From the IMG/VR virus record IMGVR_UViG_3300045253_000023, positions 97,562 through 161,561 of that record: a stretch of DNA of 64,000 nucleotides; one strand, given 5' to 3'. A model generated the notes under the pieces. It saw only the letters and a program-made list of their open reading frames with translations, ran no database searches and was not told the origin of the DNA. The position numbers and the translations under genes are program-made. This DNA comes from a virus. Below, in pieces: positions 9,013 to 19,879 of this stretch (position 1 is its first letter; each line of letters opens with the position of its first letter).

Positions 9013-9516
9013 ATGTCGCAAAACAAGATTGACGTTGAGGAAATACGCCAGTTCATGGCGACTCAACCTGACACGACCAAGGTGTATCTCGGCTGTGACT
9101 CGGAGCGATTCAAGTCCAAGGGCAAGTGGTTTGCTGACTACATTCTCGCCGTTGTGATCCACATCAATGGTTCCAAGGGCTGCAAGATTTTCGGCGAGAT
9201 TCAGCGTGAGGCTGATCATGACCAGCGCGTCGACCGTCCATTCACTCGAATGATGATGGAAGCGCAAAAGGTTGCTGAGCTGTATCTCTTGCTCCAGGAA
9301 GTGTTCTATGATTTTGAAGTTGAAGTCCATCTGGACATCAACCCAAATCAAAACCATGGTTCCAACTGCGCATTCCAGGCTGCTGTGGGTTACATCAAGG
9401 GCATCTGCAATGTGACTCCAATCGCAAAGCCTCATGCATTTGCTGCATCTTATGCAGCTGACCGACTGCGTGAACTGGGTCATGTTCAGTACATCGACCA
9501 GGTGAAGGTGGCTTAA
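9013..9516 (+). CDS. RNase H-like YkuK-family protein
   Basis: VYLGCDS, RMMME, VHLDIN, KPHAFAASYAAD motifs. Confidence 0.8.
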   Translation: MSQNKIDVEEIRQFMATQPDTTKVYLGCDSERFKSKGKWFADYILAVVIHINGSKGCKIFGEIQREADHDQRVDRPFTRMMMEAQKVAELYLLLQEVFYDFEVEVHLDINPNQNHGSNCAFQAAVGYIKGICNVTPIAKPHAFAASYAADRLRELGHVQYIDQVKVA

Positions 9517-9543
9517 TTTCTCTTTCTCAACAGGAGTGTTGTT

Positions 9544-9810
9544 ATGAAGCGTTATTTTGTGTTGCAGATCGCTTTGCTTTCTGCTCTCGTTGCCGTCACC
9601 TTCACTGGTTGCACCAGCAACAATGATGCTCGAAAGGCACTCGATGATCTCGGGTTCAAGGATATCCAGACAGGCGGATATTCAGTGTTTGGTTGTGGCA
9701 AGGAATACAGCTTCCATACCAAGTTCACTGCCACGAATCAGAACGGAAAGATCGTCACTGGCGTTGTTTGCAGTGGCTGGTTGATCGGCACTTCTGTGAA
9801 GTTCGATTGA
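9544..9810 (+). CDS. phage lipoprotein
   Basis: Signal peptide with lipobox-like FTGC; internal Cys pair. Confidence 0.7.
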   Translation: MKRYFVLQIALLSALVAVTFTGCTSNNDARKALDDLGFKDIQTGGYSVFGCGKEYSFHTKFTATNQNGKIVTGVVCSGWLIGTSVKFD

Positions 9811-10558
9811 TGAACGATTTTCACAATCCAGACTTTGTTCGTGATTTCGTTGTATGGCACGAACAAAGAATGGTTGAACTTGGATATCCTCCCAAAATCT
9901 GCGATGAACTTCGCAGATACAGGCACAAGTTCGTTCCTCCTGCAACTCGAGAAATATCATTGGGATACAACCATGTCATTCACATATCACCCTGACTTCA
10001 CAGAAGCGATGCGGGATGCCTTCTGCAATGGTGACAAGTGTCCGCAATGCCTGGGCTCCAATGTCAAGTGCGTTGGAGCCGCTCCTGATGGCATCCGCAT
10101 GAATCACTTCTTCGACTGCGAGGAATGCGGTGCGCAGTGGGAAGGCGATTGACAATGCGTGTCCACTTCCATAGGCTCACAAGCAACGTTCTTGTACCCT
10201 GTTACCACAGTTGCAAGAACGTCATCTTTTCTGGATCATTTTGGATTGGGGTGACTTGTTCATTTCCACTGGAACATTTCTTGTGGGAGAAGGTATGGCC
10301 ATTCAAACTGCTGACGGCAATCCTCCTGACTCCATAGTTGTGATGTTGTGTTACAAGTGTCGTGAGCCACTCAAGTCTTTTGTCATGGGCAGCTATGAGG
10401 CATGTCCATGCGGTGTTCTTGGATACCTGTCCAATGTGATGCCACTGCCTAAAGATCGTTGGTGGCCAATCACTTGGGCTCAGGGATTGGTCGTCTACAA
10501 ACCAATCAGGGAAACGATTGTCATGAACTAAATTTTCCAACGAGTCAATGGCTTAGTG

Positions 10559-10621
10559 TAAGTCACTGATGATTTGGAAAATTTAGTTCTTGACTTTCTC
10601 GGTCAGTGGGAGTAGAATAGG
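10559..10621 (+). promoter_or_regulatory. early promoter module P3 (right arm of a 65-bp palindrome)
   Basis: GGAAAATTTAGT, TTGACT(10590)-17-TAGAAT(10613). Confidence 0.9.
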
Positions 10622-10658
10622 CTCTGTTGTAAAGCTAAACCACTTCCGAGGAACACCC

Positions 10659-12113
10659 ATGACCAATTGGTCGCCGCTTCAAGCCAACATCTTCCAGTTT
10701 GTGGAAGACCCGAAGGCTGGCAATGCCATCATCAACGCTGTTGCTGGTTCAGGTAAAACAACCACAATCGTTGAAGCACTCAAGCGCGTCAAGGGTACAA
10801 GCATCTTCCTTGCTTTCAACAAAAGCATTGCTGAAGAGCTCAAGAGTCGCGGTGTGAATGCCCGCACGTTCCATTCCCTCACCTACATGCCTGTGACCAA
10901 GTCAAAAGGCACCCACAACGTCGACGTTGACAAGCTCAAGAAGCTGGTCAAGACGTTGTTCTCGTATGATGAATCGCGCGTCTATGGTCTTTTCTGCCAG
11001 AAGTTGGTGGGCCTTGCTCGCCAAGCTGGCTTCGGCTGTTTGGTCACAGAATCCAAGGCAGCCTGGGAAGACATCATCGACCATTACAATCTCGACCTGG
11101 ACAATGAAGGCGCGGACATGGACAAGGCCATTGAAATGGCGTCCTACCTGCTCCAAATGTCCAACAAGTCGTCGCTGGTTGACTTTGATGATCTGCTGTA
11201 CATTGCAGTCAAAGACAACGTCAGCCTGCCGAAGTATGACTTCATCTTTGTTGATGAAGCGCAGGACACCAACGCCATTCAGCGCGCCATCCTGCACAAG
11301 ATCATGAAGCCGAATTCCCGCATCATTGCGGTCGGTGATCCAGCCCAGGCCATCTATGGTTTCCGTGGTGCTGACTCCAACAGCTTGGACCTCATCAAGA
11401 GCGAATTCAAGGCTGTTGAACTGCCGCTGAGCATTTCTTACCGTTGCCCGAAGTCTGTTGTCAAGTATGCCCAGGAATGGGTCAACCACATCCAGGCGTC
11501 AGAGACTGCGCATGAGGGTGAAGTCAAGCACATGAATCAGTCCTGGACCAACCAGCAGTTTGCCATTGGCGACCTGGTGGTTTGTCGTCGCACTGCGCCA
11601 CTGATCAAGTTGGCATATAGCTTGCTGCGTGACCGCATTGGTGTCCAGGTGCTGGGTCGTGACATCGGTGAAGGTCTTAAGTCGCTGGTGCGCATGATGT
11701 CAACCAACACCATTGATCGCCTGATCGACAAACTGGACAAGTATGAAAAGCGCGAAGTCTCCAAGTTCATGCGCAAGGAACAGGAAGCCAAGGCTGAAGC
11801 AATCAAGGATCGCGTTTCTGCCATCATGATCCTGATTGAATGTCTGGGCGAGAACAATCGCTCGGTTGATGCGCTGATCCGCATCATTGATGAGCTGTTT
11901 GCTGACAAGAAGGCTTGCGTCACGCTGTCAACCATCCACAAGGCCAAGGGTCTGGAAGCCGACCGCGTGTTCTGGTTGGACTATGATTGGACTGCTACGT
12001 GGCCGATGGCAGTGTGGCAGAGACAGCAAGAAAGCAATCTGTGCTATGTGGCCGTCACACGCGCCAAGCAGGTCTTGCACACTCTGCAAGTCAAAGACAC
12101 CAAAGCCAAATAA
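10659..12113 (+). CDS. UvrD/Rep-like SF1 helicase
   Basis: AVAGSGKTT, FVDEAQD, VGDPAQAIYGFRGA, SYRCP, STIHKAKGLE, YVAVTRAK. Confidence 0.93.
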   Translation: MTNWSPLQANIFQFVEDPKAGNAIINAVAGSGKTTTIVEALKRVKGTSIFLAFNKSIAEELKSRGVNARTFHSLTYMPVTKSKGTHNVDVDKLKKLVKTLFSYDESRVYGLFCQKLVGLARQAGFGCLVTESKAAWEDIIDHYNLDLDNEGADMDKAIEMASYLLQMSNKSSLVDFDDLLYIAVKDNVSLPKYDFIFVDEAQDTNAIQRAILHKIMKPNSRIIAVGDPAQAIYGFRGADSNSLDLIKSEFKAVELPLSISYRCPKSVVKYAQEWVNHIQASETAHEGEVKHMNQSWTNQQFAIGDLVVCRRTAPLIKLAYSLLRDRIGVQVLGRDIGEGLKSLVRMMSTNTIDRLIDKLDKYEKREVSKFMRKEQEAKAEAIKDRVSAIMILIECLGENNRSVDALIRIIDELFADKKACVTLSTIHKAKGLEADRVFWLDYDWTATWPMAVWQRQQESNLCYVAVTRAKQVLHTLQVKDTKAK

Positions 12114-12300
12114 TCAAGAGGAATCGTATCATGAGTCGCTATGTGTATGTTGTGTTCAGAGATTGGAATTACGAGGGATATGAATCTCCTGAAGATGTGT
12201 TTGGAACCAAGAAGGCTATGGAAAAGGTCTATCCTGGTATTCAAGACGATTCCCATTGTGTTGATGACGGCACTGCTGTTTATTCCAGAATGAAGGTAAA

Positions 12301-12588
12301 ATGAGCTACATTCTCCCAATCGACTATCGAAAGCTGACGCAGAATGAGCGTCGGCTGGTTCGACTCCAGTACATTGAGCAGCAAGGTGGCAAATGTCACT
12401 ACTGCAAAGGCTCGCTTGAATTCCAGCCGCCTGAAGAGATTCGGATGAAGCCGATTGACTGGTCTTTGTTCCCTGAACTGTTCTTGAAGTATCCTGTTCA
12501 TCTTCATCACAGCCATGTGACTGGGCTCACCATTGGTGCCGTCCATGCATATTGCAATGCGGTTCTATGGGTTTATCATGATGAGTAA
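12301..12588 (+). CDS. endonuclease VII/HNH-like zinc-finger protein
   Basis: QGGKCHYC...LHHSHVTG...GAVHAYCN. Confidence 0.6.
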   Translation: MSYILPIDYRKLTQNERRLVRLQYIEQQGGKCHYCKGSLEFQPPEEIRMKPIDWSLFPELFLKYPVHLHHSHVTGLTIGAVHAYCNAVLWVYHDE

Positions 12589-12658
12589 GTGATTGAACTT
12601 TTGGAAAATTTAGTTTAAGAAATCGCTTGACTTTTGCTTCCAATGGGAGTAGAATAGT
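12586..12658 (+). promoter_or_regulatory. early promoter module P4 (+10 bp variant)
   Basis: TAAGTGATTGA, GGAAAATTTAGT-TTAAGAAATC-GC-TTGACT(12627)-17-TAGAAT(12650). Confidence 0.9.
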
Positions 12659-12940
12659 TTCTGTCACTTGAGGAAACACCTACATTATGAGCAACCACAT
12701 TCAAACCTTCCTTCATCATGCTACCAACTGTGGCAATGAAGAAGTCGCATTGCACATCACTGCGCTTGAGGGTGATCGCTATCGCGCCGCCATTGTTTCT
12801 GCATCCAATCATGAAGACGTGGTCACCATGGAATCTGATTGGACCATCAACATGGAAGCAACGCATGCGACCATCGTTGGCGCATTGGCGTGCCTTGATG
12901 TTTTGTGTTTTGAAGACCTGTCTTATTCTGGAGCACTCGA

Positions 12941-13252
12941 ATGAGTTATCCTGGTCCCGTCACTCCTGTTGTTGGTATGGGCGCAACATTGCGCCTTGGT
13001 TCTGACGCCTATCCATACACGATCGTCTACGTGTCACCGAATGGCAAAACCATCCATGTGGTGGCCGATGAGCATGGGCCCAACAAGAAGACATGGCCTG
13101 ATCAGGACTTCGACTACACTCCTGGCAATGGTCCGCCTGAGAAGTACAGCTTGCGCAAGAATGGTCGCTATCATGCTGTTGGTTCGGAAATGGCCACCTG
13201 GAGCGCGATCCACATCGGCAGCCGTCGCTACTATCAAGACCCATCTTTCTGA
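12941..13252 (+). CDS. conserved phage hypothetical protein
   Basis: PVVGMGAT...SDAYPYTIV...GSRRYYQDPSF pattern; ATGA coupling. Confidence 0.6.
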   Translation: MSYPGPVTPVVGMGATLRLGSDAYPYTIVYVSPNGKTIHVVADEHGPNKKTWPDQDFDYTPGNGPPEKYSLRKNGRYHAVGSEMATWSAIHIGSRRYYQDPSF

Positions 13253-13580
13253 GGATTTGACATGATTCGCGTCGGAGACACAGTTAAACTTCGCGCACGG
13301 GTTCCGCGCAACACAAACATACCTGAAGGTCGACAAGACTTCCGCACCGCCAAAGTCATTGCATTCTTGGATACACCATACATTGGTGGCGTCCGCGTTG
13401 ATCGTGATCTGAATGGTATGGTGTTTTGGAACGTTCAAGATTTGGAGAAGGCTAAGTGACACCACGTAGAAAACTCGCTGATCGTATCAAGTTTCTTGAT
13501 GAGCATAAAGACACCATCGCTCTTGTCATCGGCTTCATTGCCGCCACTGTTGTTTGGTTTGCCAAAATCATGGGAACAAT

Positions 13581-13826
13581 ATGAGCACTCAATCTCTTCG
13601 TCCAGTTTCTGTCATCGCTTCTGAAATCTATCAATGCTGGAAGCCTCGCGTCAACCCAACTGCCGCACCCTATTTGGATGCGATGCTTGATTTGGAAAGC
13701 ATCAACGACAAATACTTCCTGGACAGTGGCCGCAGTGTTGTTTCGTACTTCCTGGCCAATGCTTCCTCATTCAAAGGCGAAGATGCTCGACGCATCAAGG
13801 CTGAACTCAACCAAATGTTGAAGTAG
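13581..13826 (+). CDS. conserved phage hypothetical protein
   Basis: AAPYLDAM...YFLANASSFKGEDARRIKAEL. Confidence 0.6.
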   Translation: MSTQSLRPVSVIASEIYQCWKPRVNPTAAPYLDAMLDLESINDKYFLDSGRSVVSYFLANASSFKGEDARRIKAELNQMLK

Positions 13827-14086
13827 ACAATCATGATCCGCGAACAGAAATATGTGATCATGGAGCATGAAGGTGTTGAGAAGGTCTTGACCTTCCCTCG
13901 ACATCAAGAACATGCTGCTACTGCTCATCAACATCCAGGCACGCCAGTTGCCGCAGGTTTCTTCACATTGGAACTGATGTCAGATAGTTCCATTGAATGC
14001 GATGCCTATGGTGAGAGCTATTCACTCAATGGACTCAAGTCACGCGAAGGTGATGGTGAGTTGATCCTCAAACATATGGGAATGGT

Positions 14087-15010
14087 ATGACAACTGAACT
14101 CATGCGCAATCTGGATGACTTAGTGGTTCGCCGCTACGTCAATCTGCGCGTGAATCCAGAAGGACTGCGCATATACAAGTACAACAAGAATGTGTTCTTC
14201 AAGGATGTTTGGAAACAGAATCCATTGTTGCTTGAGGCGCGCGGCATTGTTCTCGACAAAGAGGGCAACATCGTTTCCTATCCATTCTCCAAGGTTTTCA
14301 ATGATGGTGAGTGGAACCATACATTTGATCGTGGTGACCTAGTCTATGCCTCAACCAAGATTGATGGCTTCATGGCTGTGGTCACTTGGCACAATGGCAA
14401 TTTGTTGGTCACATCCAGCGGCACCTTTGATTCCGACTATGTCAGATATGCAAAGGAATGGTTGCAAGGTGAACGCGTGCGCAAGATGTGCGAACATCAT
14501 CCTTCTACCACATTCATCTTTGAGATCGTGGACTCACGTACATCAAAGGTGATTGATGAACATCTTGGAGCCTATCTCGTTGGTGCTCGTGAGAAGGTGC
14601 TTGGTTCAGAGCTATATTCTGAACAAAACTTGGATGACATCTTTGTTGGTTACATGAAGCACACGTTTCAGTTCTTTCGTCCGAGTTGGAAGCAAGTTCC
14701 GTTTGCTTCAATTGTAGATGCTTGCGATCATGTCGATGGTGAGCATATTGAGGGGTATGTTTGCTACAACAACATTGGTGAATGCGTCAAGATCAAGACC
14801 CAATACTATCTTGTCCAGAAGTTCCTGTCGCGTACCAATCGCAACATGGATGTCATCTGGACTGATCAAGCCAAGGCAATGAAATCATTGCCATATCATT
14901 TTGAGCGCATCATCAAAGAACTGCCTGAATGGCACTCTGCTGAAGAATGGCGCGCGCTTGATGAGAATGGCAAGTTGGCAACTCTTCGTGACATCCTTTC
15001 TGAGGTATAA
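14087..15010 (+). CDS. rnlA: T4 RnlA-like RNA ligase 1
   Basis: EARGIV, YPFSKVFN, nucleotidyltransferase motif I TKIDG, TFIFE, EGYV, VKIK. Confidence 0.85.
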   Translation: MTTELMRNLDDLVVRRYVNLRVNPEGLRIYKYNKNVFFKDVWKQNPLLLEARGIVLDKEGNIVSYPFSKVFNDGEWNHTFDRGDLVYASTKIDGFMAVVTWHNGNLLVTSSGTFDSDYVRYAKEWLQGERVRKMCEHHPSTTFIFEIVDSRTSKVIDEHLGAYLVGAREKVLGSELYSEQNLDDIFVGYMKHTFQFFRPSWKQVPFASIVDACDHVDGEHIEGYVCYNNIGECVKIKTQYYLVQKFLSRTNRNMDVIWTDQAKAMKSLPYHFERIIKELPEWHSAEEWRALDENGKLATLRDILSEV

Positions 15011-15398
15011 ACACATGTGCTTGTTCTTCCACAACTGGTATCGCGGCAAGAATGGTTTTGACACTTGTGCCAATTATGGTATCACTGGACCGCTGCCTGG
15101 TGAATTTGCATTTCATCGAACTGATAATGGTGTTTGTGTGTATCGTCGCGAACGCCATTGTCTTGATTGCGATCGTGTGGATTATGCGGTCTTGTTGCCA
15201 TATGAACAACACAGCACTCGTGATTTCACTTGGGTCAACATCAACCACTTGTTGACAGATACAACCATTCGTCGTGCTGCGCTCAAGGTTCAGCAAATCA
15301 ACGACAAGATCAAATATCTACAGGAAATCTTGCCTTTGTTTGAGAAAATACACAAAGAACGATTGAGTCGCCACATCATTCCGGATATGGAGTAACAC

Positions 15399-15782
15399 AT
15401 GTCACTTCTCGCAACCGCAACAATCCATGCTGATGGTCTTGCAGATATCAACACGCTGACTCCAAAGTCAGCATGGGACAAGAAGGTTCCTGTTGCTGTC
15501 AAACTCACAGAAGAAATGGCTGAACTTAGTCAACAACTTCTCAAGGTCTTCTACTTCGGCAAGTTCGACAACGTCCAGCACATGTATGAAGAGACTGCTG
15601 ATCTTATTCTCTTGTTGGACCAGCATCTGCGCATGATCGACCAGAACCAGGTTGACAAGTGGGTTGTGTTCAAGATCAATCGATACAAGCAACGTGAAAT
15701 CAAGCGCGAAGCACTGGTTACCAACAGGGAAATCAGCTTCATTGATGATGGTGTTGGCGCGGGCGCGAGTCACACGACATGA
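15399..15782 (+). CDS. MazG-like NTP pyrophosphohydrolase
   Basis: KLTEEMAEL...YEETADL (EExxE...ExxD). Confidence 0.7.
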   Translation: MSLLATATIHADGLADINTLTPKSAWDKKVPVAVKLTEEMAELSQQLLKVFYFGKFDNVQHMYEETADLILLLDQHLRMIDQNQVDKWVVFKINRYKQREIKREALVTNREISFIDDGVGAGASHTT

Positions 15783-17011
15783 TAAGAAGCACTGGACGAC
15801 CAACCATCTGTGTGATTGGAGTCACCGTTGATCCATCTCCATTCTTCAAAACTGTTGGAGAGGACTGGGAAGAAAAGGACTTTGATGTGTATTCATGTGC
15901 CTCAGATTCCAATCTCAATCTGATCCTTGAGCAGTATGCTCCACAGGTGATTGTCACCATTGGCAACATCGATGACTTCAAGGAATTGATGAGTGCCACA
16001 TTTGAAGTGCGCCGCCATTGGCTTCACTTTGAATCGCTTGAGACGGTCAACCCTGACGCAGTGTATTGGTGCTATGTGTTGTCATCCATTCCAATCGCTG
16101 AACCTGATGCTCCGCCGCTGGTTTCGGTGTTCACTCCTGTATACAACACAGGCACCCAGAAGTTGTTGCGCGCCTATGAATCACTGAAGAGCCAAACCTG
16201 GACCAATTGGGAATGGGTCATTGTAAATGACTATTCTGAGGACAGTGACACTCAGGAAACCATTCAAGAAATCATCACGGATTATCGCGTGCGCTATGTC
16301 AACATGAATGATCCATGCGGTCGAATTGGTGAGCTCAAGGCGCATGCGTGTCGCAATTCAAATGGGTCGATTTTGGTTGAGCTTGACCATGATGACATGC
16401 TGACACCAAACTGCTTGTTCGACATCGTCAATGCCTTCAGAGAATTCCCAGAGGCAGGCTTTGCTTACACTGACTGGGCTGAACGTTATGAGAGCCACGA
16501 TGGTTGTCATTCCTATGGCGATCACTATGGCTTTGGGTTCGGCTCAGCGGTTCTTCAAGAACATCCTGACTATGAGAATCCTGAAATCACCCAGAAGCGC
16601 GAGTATCTGGTCCAGATTGCTGCTCCAATCAACCCAAAGACCATCCGACACATTGTTGGCATGCCCAATCATGTTCGCGCATTCCGCAAGAGTGTGTATC
16701 AACAGATCGGAGGCTACTCCAAATTGAATGTGGCTGATGACTATGAACTCATGGTCAGAATGTTCCTGGCAACGCGCATGGTCCATATCCCGCGTCTGGG
16801 ATACATCCAGTTCTACAATGACAATTCCATTGGCAATTCACAGAAGACTCGCAATGCTGAAATCCAGCGCGCGGTGAAGTACATTGCTGTCAACTATGAA
16901 GATGCAATCCATGCGCGCCTGACTGAGTTGGGCATTGAGGACTATGCTTGCAGCAACGTCAAACCAGCTTCTGAAGAACAAGCCAATCTCACATCCACTC
17001 TTTCTGATTGA
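15779..17011 (+). CDS. glycosyltransferase family 2 (GT-A) with extra N-terminal domain
   Basis: VSVFTPVYNT, WEWVIVNDYS, ELDHDD (DxD), ADDYEL motifs. Confidence 0.85.
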   Translation: MIRSTGRPTICVIGVTVDPSPFFKTVGEDWEEKDFDVYSCASDSNLNLILEQYAPQVIVTIGNIDDFKELMSATFEVRRHWLHFESLETVNPDAVYWCYVLSSIPIAEPDAPPLVSVFTPVYNTGTQKLLRAYESLKSQTWTNWEWVIVNDYSEDSDTQETIQEIITDYRVRYVNMNDPCGRIGELKAHACRNSNGSILVELDHDDMLTPNCLFDIVNAFREFPEAGFAYTDWAERYESHDGCHSYGDHYGFGFGSAVLQEHPDYENPEITQKREYLVQIAAPINPKTIRHIVGMPNHVRAFRKSVYQQIGGYSKLNVADDYELMVRMFLATRMVHIPRLGYIQFYNDNSIGNSQKTRNAEIQRAVKYIAVNYEDAIHARLTELGIEDYACSNVKPASEEQANLTSTLSD

Positions 17012-17024
17012 GGACATACACATC

Positions 17025-17603
17025 ATGGCCACACGTCTGACATCCACTCACAAGCAACAGATCGTTTTTGCTGTATTGAATCATGCCTTTGGTTATCGCG
17101 AAGGCACAATTCGCACGCGCGAAACGCAGCTGGCACATGAGGTCTATGCCAAGCTGTACACACCAGAGCAACTCAAGCAAATGAATGATCTCGGCTCAGA
17201 ATTCTTTCAACATCGAACTGACATCAACATCAGAATGCCCAAGAAAGATGGGTACAATGTTTGGTTGGAACTGAGGCTCGGTGGTTCCAAACCATTTGGA
17301 CACCAAACACTCCAGAGAAATCTGGATTATGCTGATTTCGGAACTGGACTCCAAGATTCATTGGGCCAGCGCATAGTGGACTTCTACCATGTAACAGAAA
17401 CCATTGGAAAGGAAAAAGAAGATCGTCGTCGCGAGCTCAACAATGCTCTGGATGGTTTTGGCACACTGCGTCAGTTGCGCGAAGCATGGCCTGAGTTGGT
17501 GCCTGTGCTTGACAAGCTGGGTCTTGAGAACAAAACTCGCCAGCTGCCTGTGGTTGTCAATCGTAGCACTCTGAATGCTGCTCTCGGCCTGCCGCCCAAA
17601 TGA
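17025..17603 (+). CDS. Nmad5-like (nucleotide-modification-associated domain 5) protein
   Basis: N-terminal TRLT..., TLRQLREAWPEL, LPV...LNAALGLP C-terminus typical of Nmad5. Confidence 0.65.
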   Translation: MATRLTSTHKQQIVFAVLNHAFGYREGTIRTRETQLAHEVYAKLYTPEQLKQMNDLGSEFFQHRTDINIRMPKKDGYNVWLELRLGGSKPFGHQTLQRNLDYADFGTGLQDSLGQRIVDFYHVTETIGKEKEDRRRELNNALDGFGTLRQLREAWPELVPVLDKLGLENKTRQLPVVVNRSTLNAALGLPPK

Positions 17604-17803
17604 AGGTTGTAGGTTCTACACACCGCAAGAGTTGGCCAGGAGTCGTCAAGGCTCTTGGCCAAATTAAGCGATTGATTAAGCAGCAGAAACTGCCGCAAAG
17701 TTCTGTTGTTGTGACTCCAGGTTGTAACTATTGGAAGATCGTCTGGAGTTATCAAACGCCTGAACCCAAGGACGAAACTATTTTACAAGTGGATGATTCT
17801 CCA

Positions 17804-17848
17804 AGAAATTTAGTGCTTGACTTTTGAGTTGAATGGGAGTAGAATAGT
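17804..17848 (+). promoter_or_regulatory. early promoter module P5
   Basis: GAAATTTAGTGC-TTGACT(17817)-17-TAGAAT(17840). Confidence 0.88.
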
Positions 17849-18225
17849 TCCGTTGTTTCGACATTCACATCACTTACTTGAGAGGAACTTTGATCATGGG
17901 TATGCGCGTCTCAACCATTCAACAGAACATCGTCAGTGCCAATCTCAGCGAAAATGACCTGCGTGCGCTCAATGCCACAGTGGTTGGTTTGCTCCGTGCT
18001 CAACATGCCAACACAATTGTGAAGGCTGCTGTGCAGTTCCGTTTTGGTCAGTTGGTTCAATTCCGCAGCAAATATGGTCAACTTGTCAAGGGCAAGGTGC
18101 TCAAGATCAATCCAAAGACCATCGTGGTTGGTGTCACTGCTCCTGGCGCGGTCACTCCGTTCACCCAGAAGTGGACTGTCACACCGACCTTGCTCCAGGC
18201 CGCTGTTTAATTTCCCAGGAAATTC

Positions 18226-18894
18226 ATGGAATCCCAAGCACACAACACCTGGTTCACTTCTGACACTCACTTTGATCACTTCAACCTGACAAAGTATTGC
18301 CCGCGCACGCGTGGTCACTACAACAAGGAAGGAATGACAAAGACTGCGGTGTCAGAAGCCATGACCAATGATATGGTTGCTGTGTGGAACAGCCGCGTTG
18401 GTGAGAATGACGTCGTGTATCACACTGGTGACTTTGCCTTCATCTATGGCAACGCCAAGGACAAGCTGCGTCATCTGATCTCGCGCCTGAATGGTCGCAT
18501 CTTCCTGACGCTGGGCAACCATGATGAGGACATCATCAACAATCGTGCGGCTCTGACTGGTCATCCAGATCAACCATCACACATTGGACGTTTTGCCGAC
18601 ATTCGCGACTATCGTGAGATCAACATCGCTGGTCAGAAGATTTGCATCTTCCATTTCCCAATGGCCATCTGGCACAAGAACCACAAGGGTGCTTGGCACC
18701 TGTATGGCCATTGCCATGGATCGTATCCTGGTCATGGACGTGGCAAGACCATGGACATCGGTTGGGATACCAATGATCTGGGAACAGATTGGGTGCCTGG
18801 TCCGATCTCCTTTGCCGCAATCAAGCAGGTGATGGACAAGCGTGCAATTGTTGCACTGGATCATCATGACCCTGGTGCTGATCATGACATGTGA
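18226..18894 (+). CDS. calcineurin-like metallophosphoesterase
   Basis: FTSDTH, HTGD, LGNHD, HFP, LYGHCH motifs. Confidence 0.9.
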   Translation: MESQAHNTWFTSDTHFDHFNLTKYCPRTRGHYNKEGMTKTAVSEAMTNDMVAVWNSRVGENDVVYHTGDFAFIYGNAKDKLRHLISRLNGRIFLTLGNHDEDIINNRAALTGHPDQPSHIGRFADIRDYREINIAGQKICIFHFPMAIWHKNHKGAWHLYGHCHGSYPGHGRGKTMDIGWDTNDLGTDWVPGPISFAAIKQVMDKRAIVALDHHDPGADHDM

Positions 18895-19342
18895 AGAACA
18901 TCCAGTCCTTCATGCATGGTGCGACAAGTGCAAAGTGTTTCATGCCACTCATTATTGCGAACGCTGTCGCAAGTATCATGAGTTTCATCCAACATGGAAG
19001 GAAACTGAAGAGATGGTGATTCAGCAAATGGCGAATGAAATCACCAAGGAAATTGATGAAAAGGTGGTGCAATACATCATTGAAAAGGCACTCAACTCAT
19101 GAAACGTCCAGACAACACACGATACTATGGAGGCGACGGAACCATCCATCGCACTGGTGAACTTGATGTTGAAGTTCATGAAGGCAAGGTGGTTGCTGTT
19201 TGGTTTCGTTGCGCGATGCTTCCATTTCGTCAATGCGATTGTGATGCTGATCGCGCTGCATCCATGAATGCTGCGTACTCCGACAATGAGAAACTGTCAA
19301 TTGTCGGCATCGATTTTGCCAAATAACCTGTGAGGATTCATC

Positions 19343-19879
19343 ATGTTACTTAATGTCAATGCTTGGTACTCTCGTTCACTGATCGGTTGGAACAAACACA
19401 GCAGAAGTGATCTGATTGAAGGATATCGAGCACCCAAATCGCTATGTCAATTGGTGCGTTCTTTGGTGTTCCTGTATTTTGGTGTCTTCACTGGATTGTT
19501 CTTGGTTGGTTTCTGGGTCGTGATGCCAACCATATTCACCATTGTTTGTTTCATAACTGATCCTGCCACCTGGTGGACTATCAATCTTCAAGAACACACC
19601 AAGCTGTTTTCTAGCGAAGGATTTGTTTCTCTTGGCGCAATTGATATTGGTGCTTCAATTGGTTTGGGAATCATCTTTGGTTTGTTTTGGTTGAGAGAAC
19701 AGTATCGCGAATGGGCTTATCAACGCAGAATTGTCGCGCGTAAGCGTCGTTGGGCTGAGCTTGAAGCACATTATGAAGGACGCGATCCTTTGCCAAAAGA
19801 ACCCAATATCATTGCTGAATGGTTGCGTTCAATCCACAACAAGGTTTGCCCATCCATTGATTTTGTTGAGAAAGATTGA
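19343..19879 (+). CDS. membrane protein
   Basis: Two long hydrophobic segments; C-terminal HNKVCPSIDF. Confidence 0.6.
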   Translation: MLLNVNAWYSRSLIGWNKHSRSDLIEGYRAPKSLCQLVRSLVFLYFGVFTGLFLVGFWVVMPTIFTIVCFITDPATWWTINLQEHTKLFSSEGFVSLGAIDIGASIGLGIIFGLFWLREQYREWAYQRRIVARKRRWAELEAHYEGRDPLPKEPNIIAEWLRSIHNKVCPSIDFVEKD

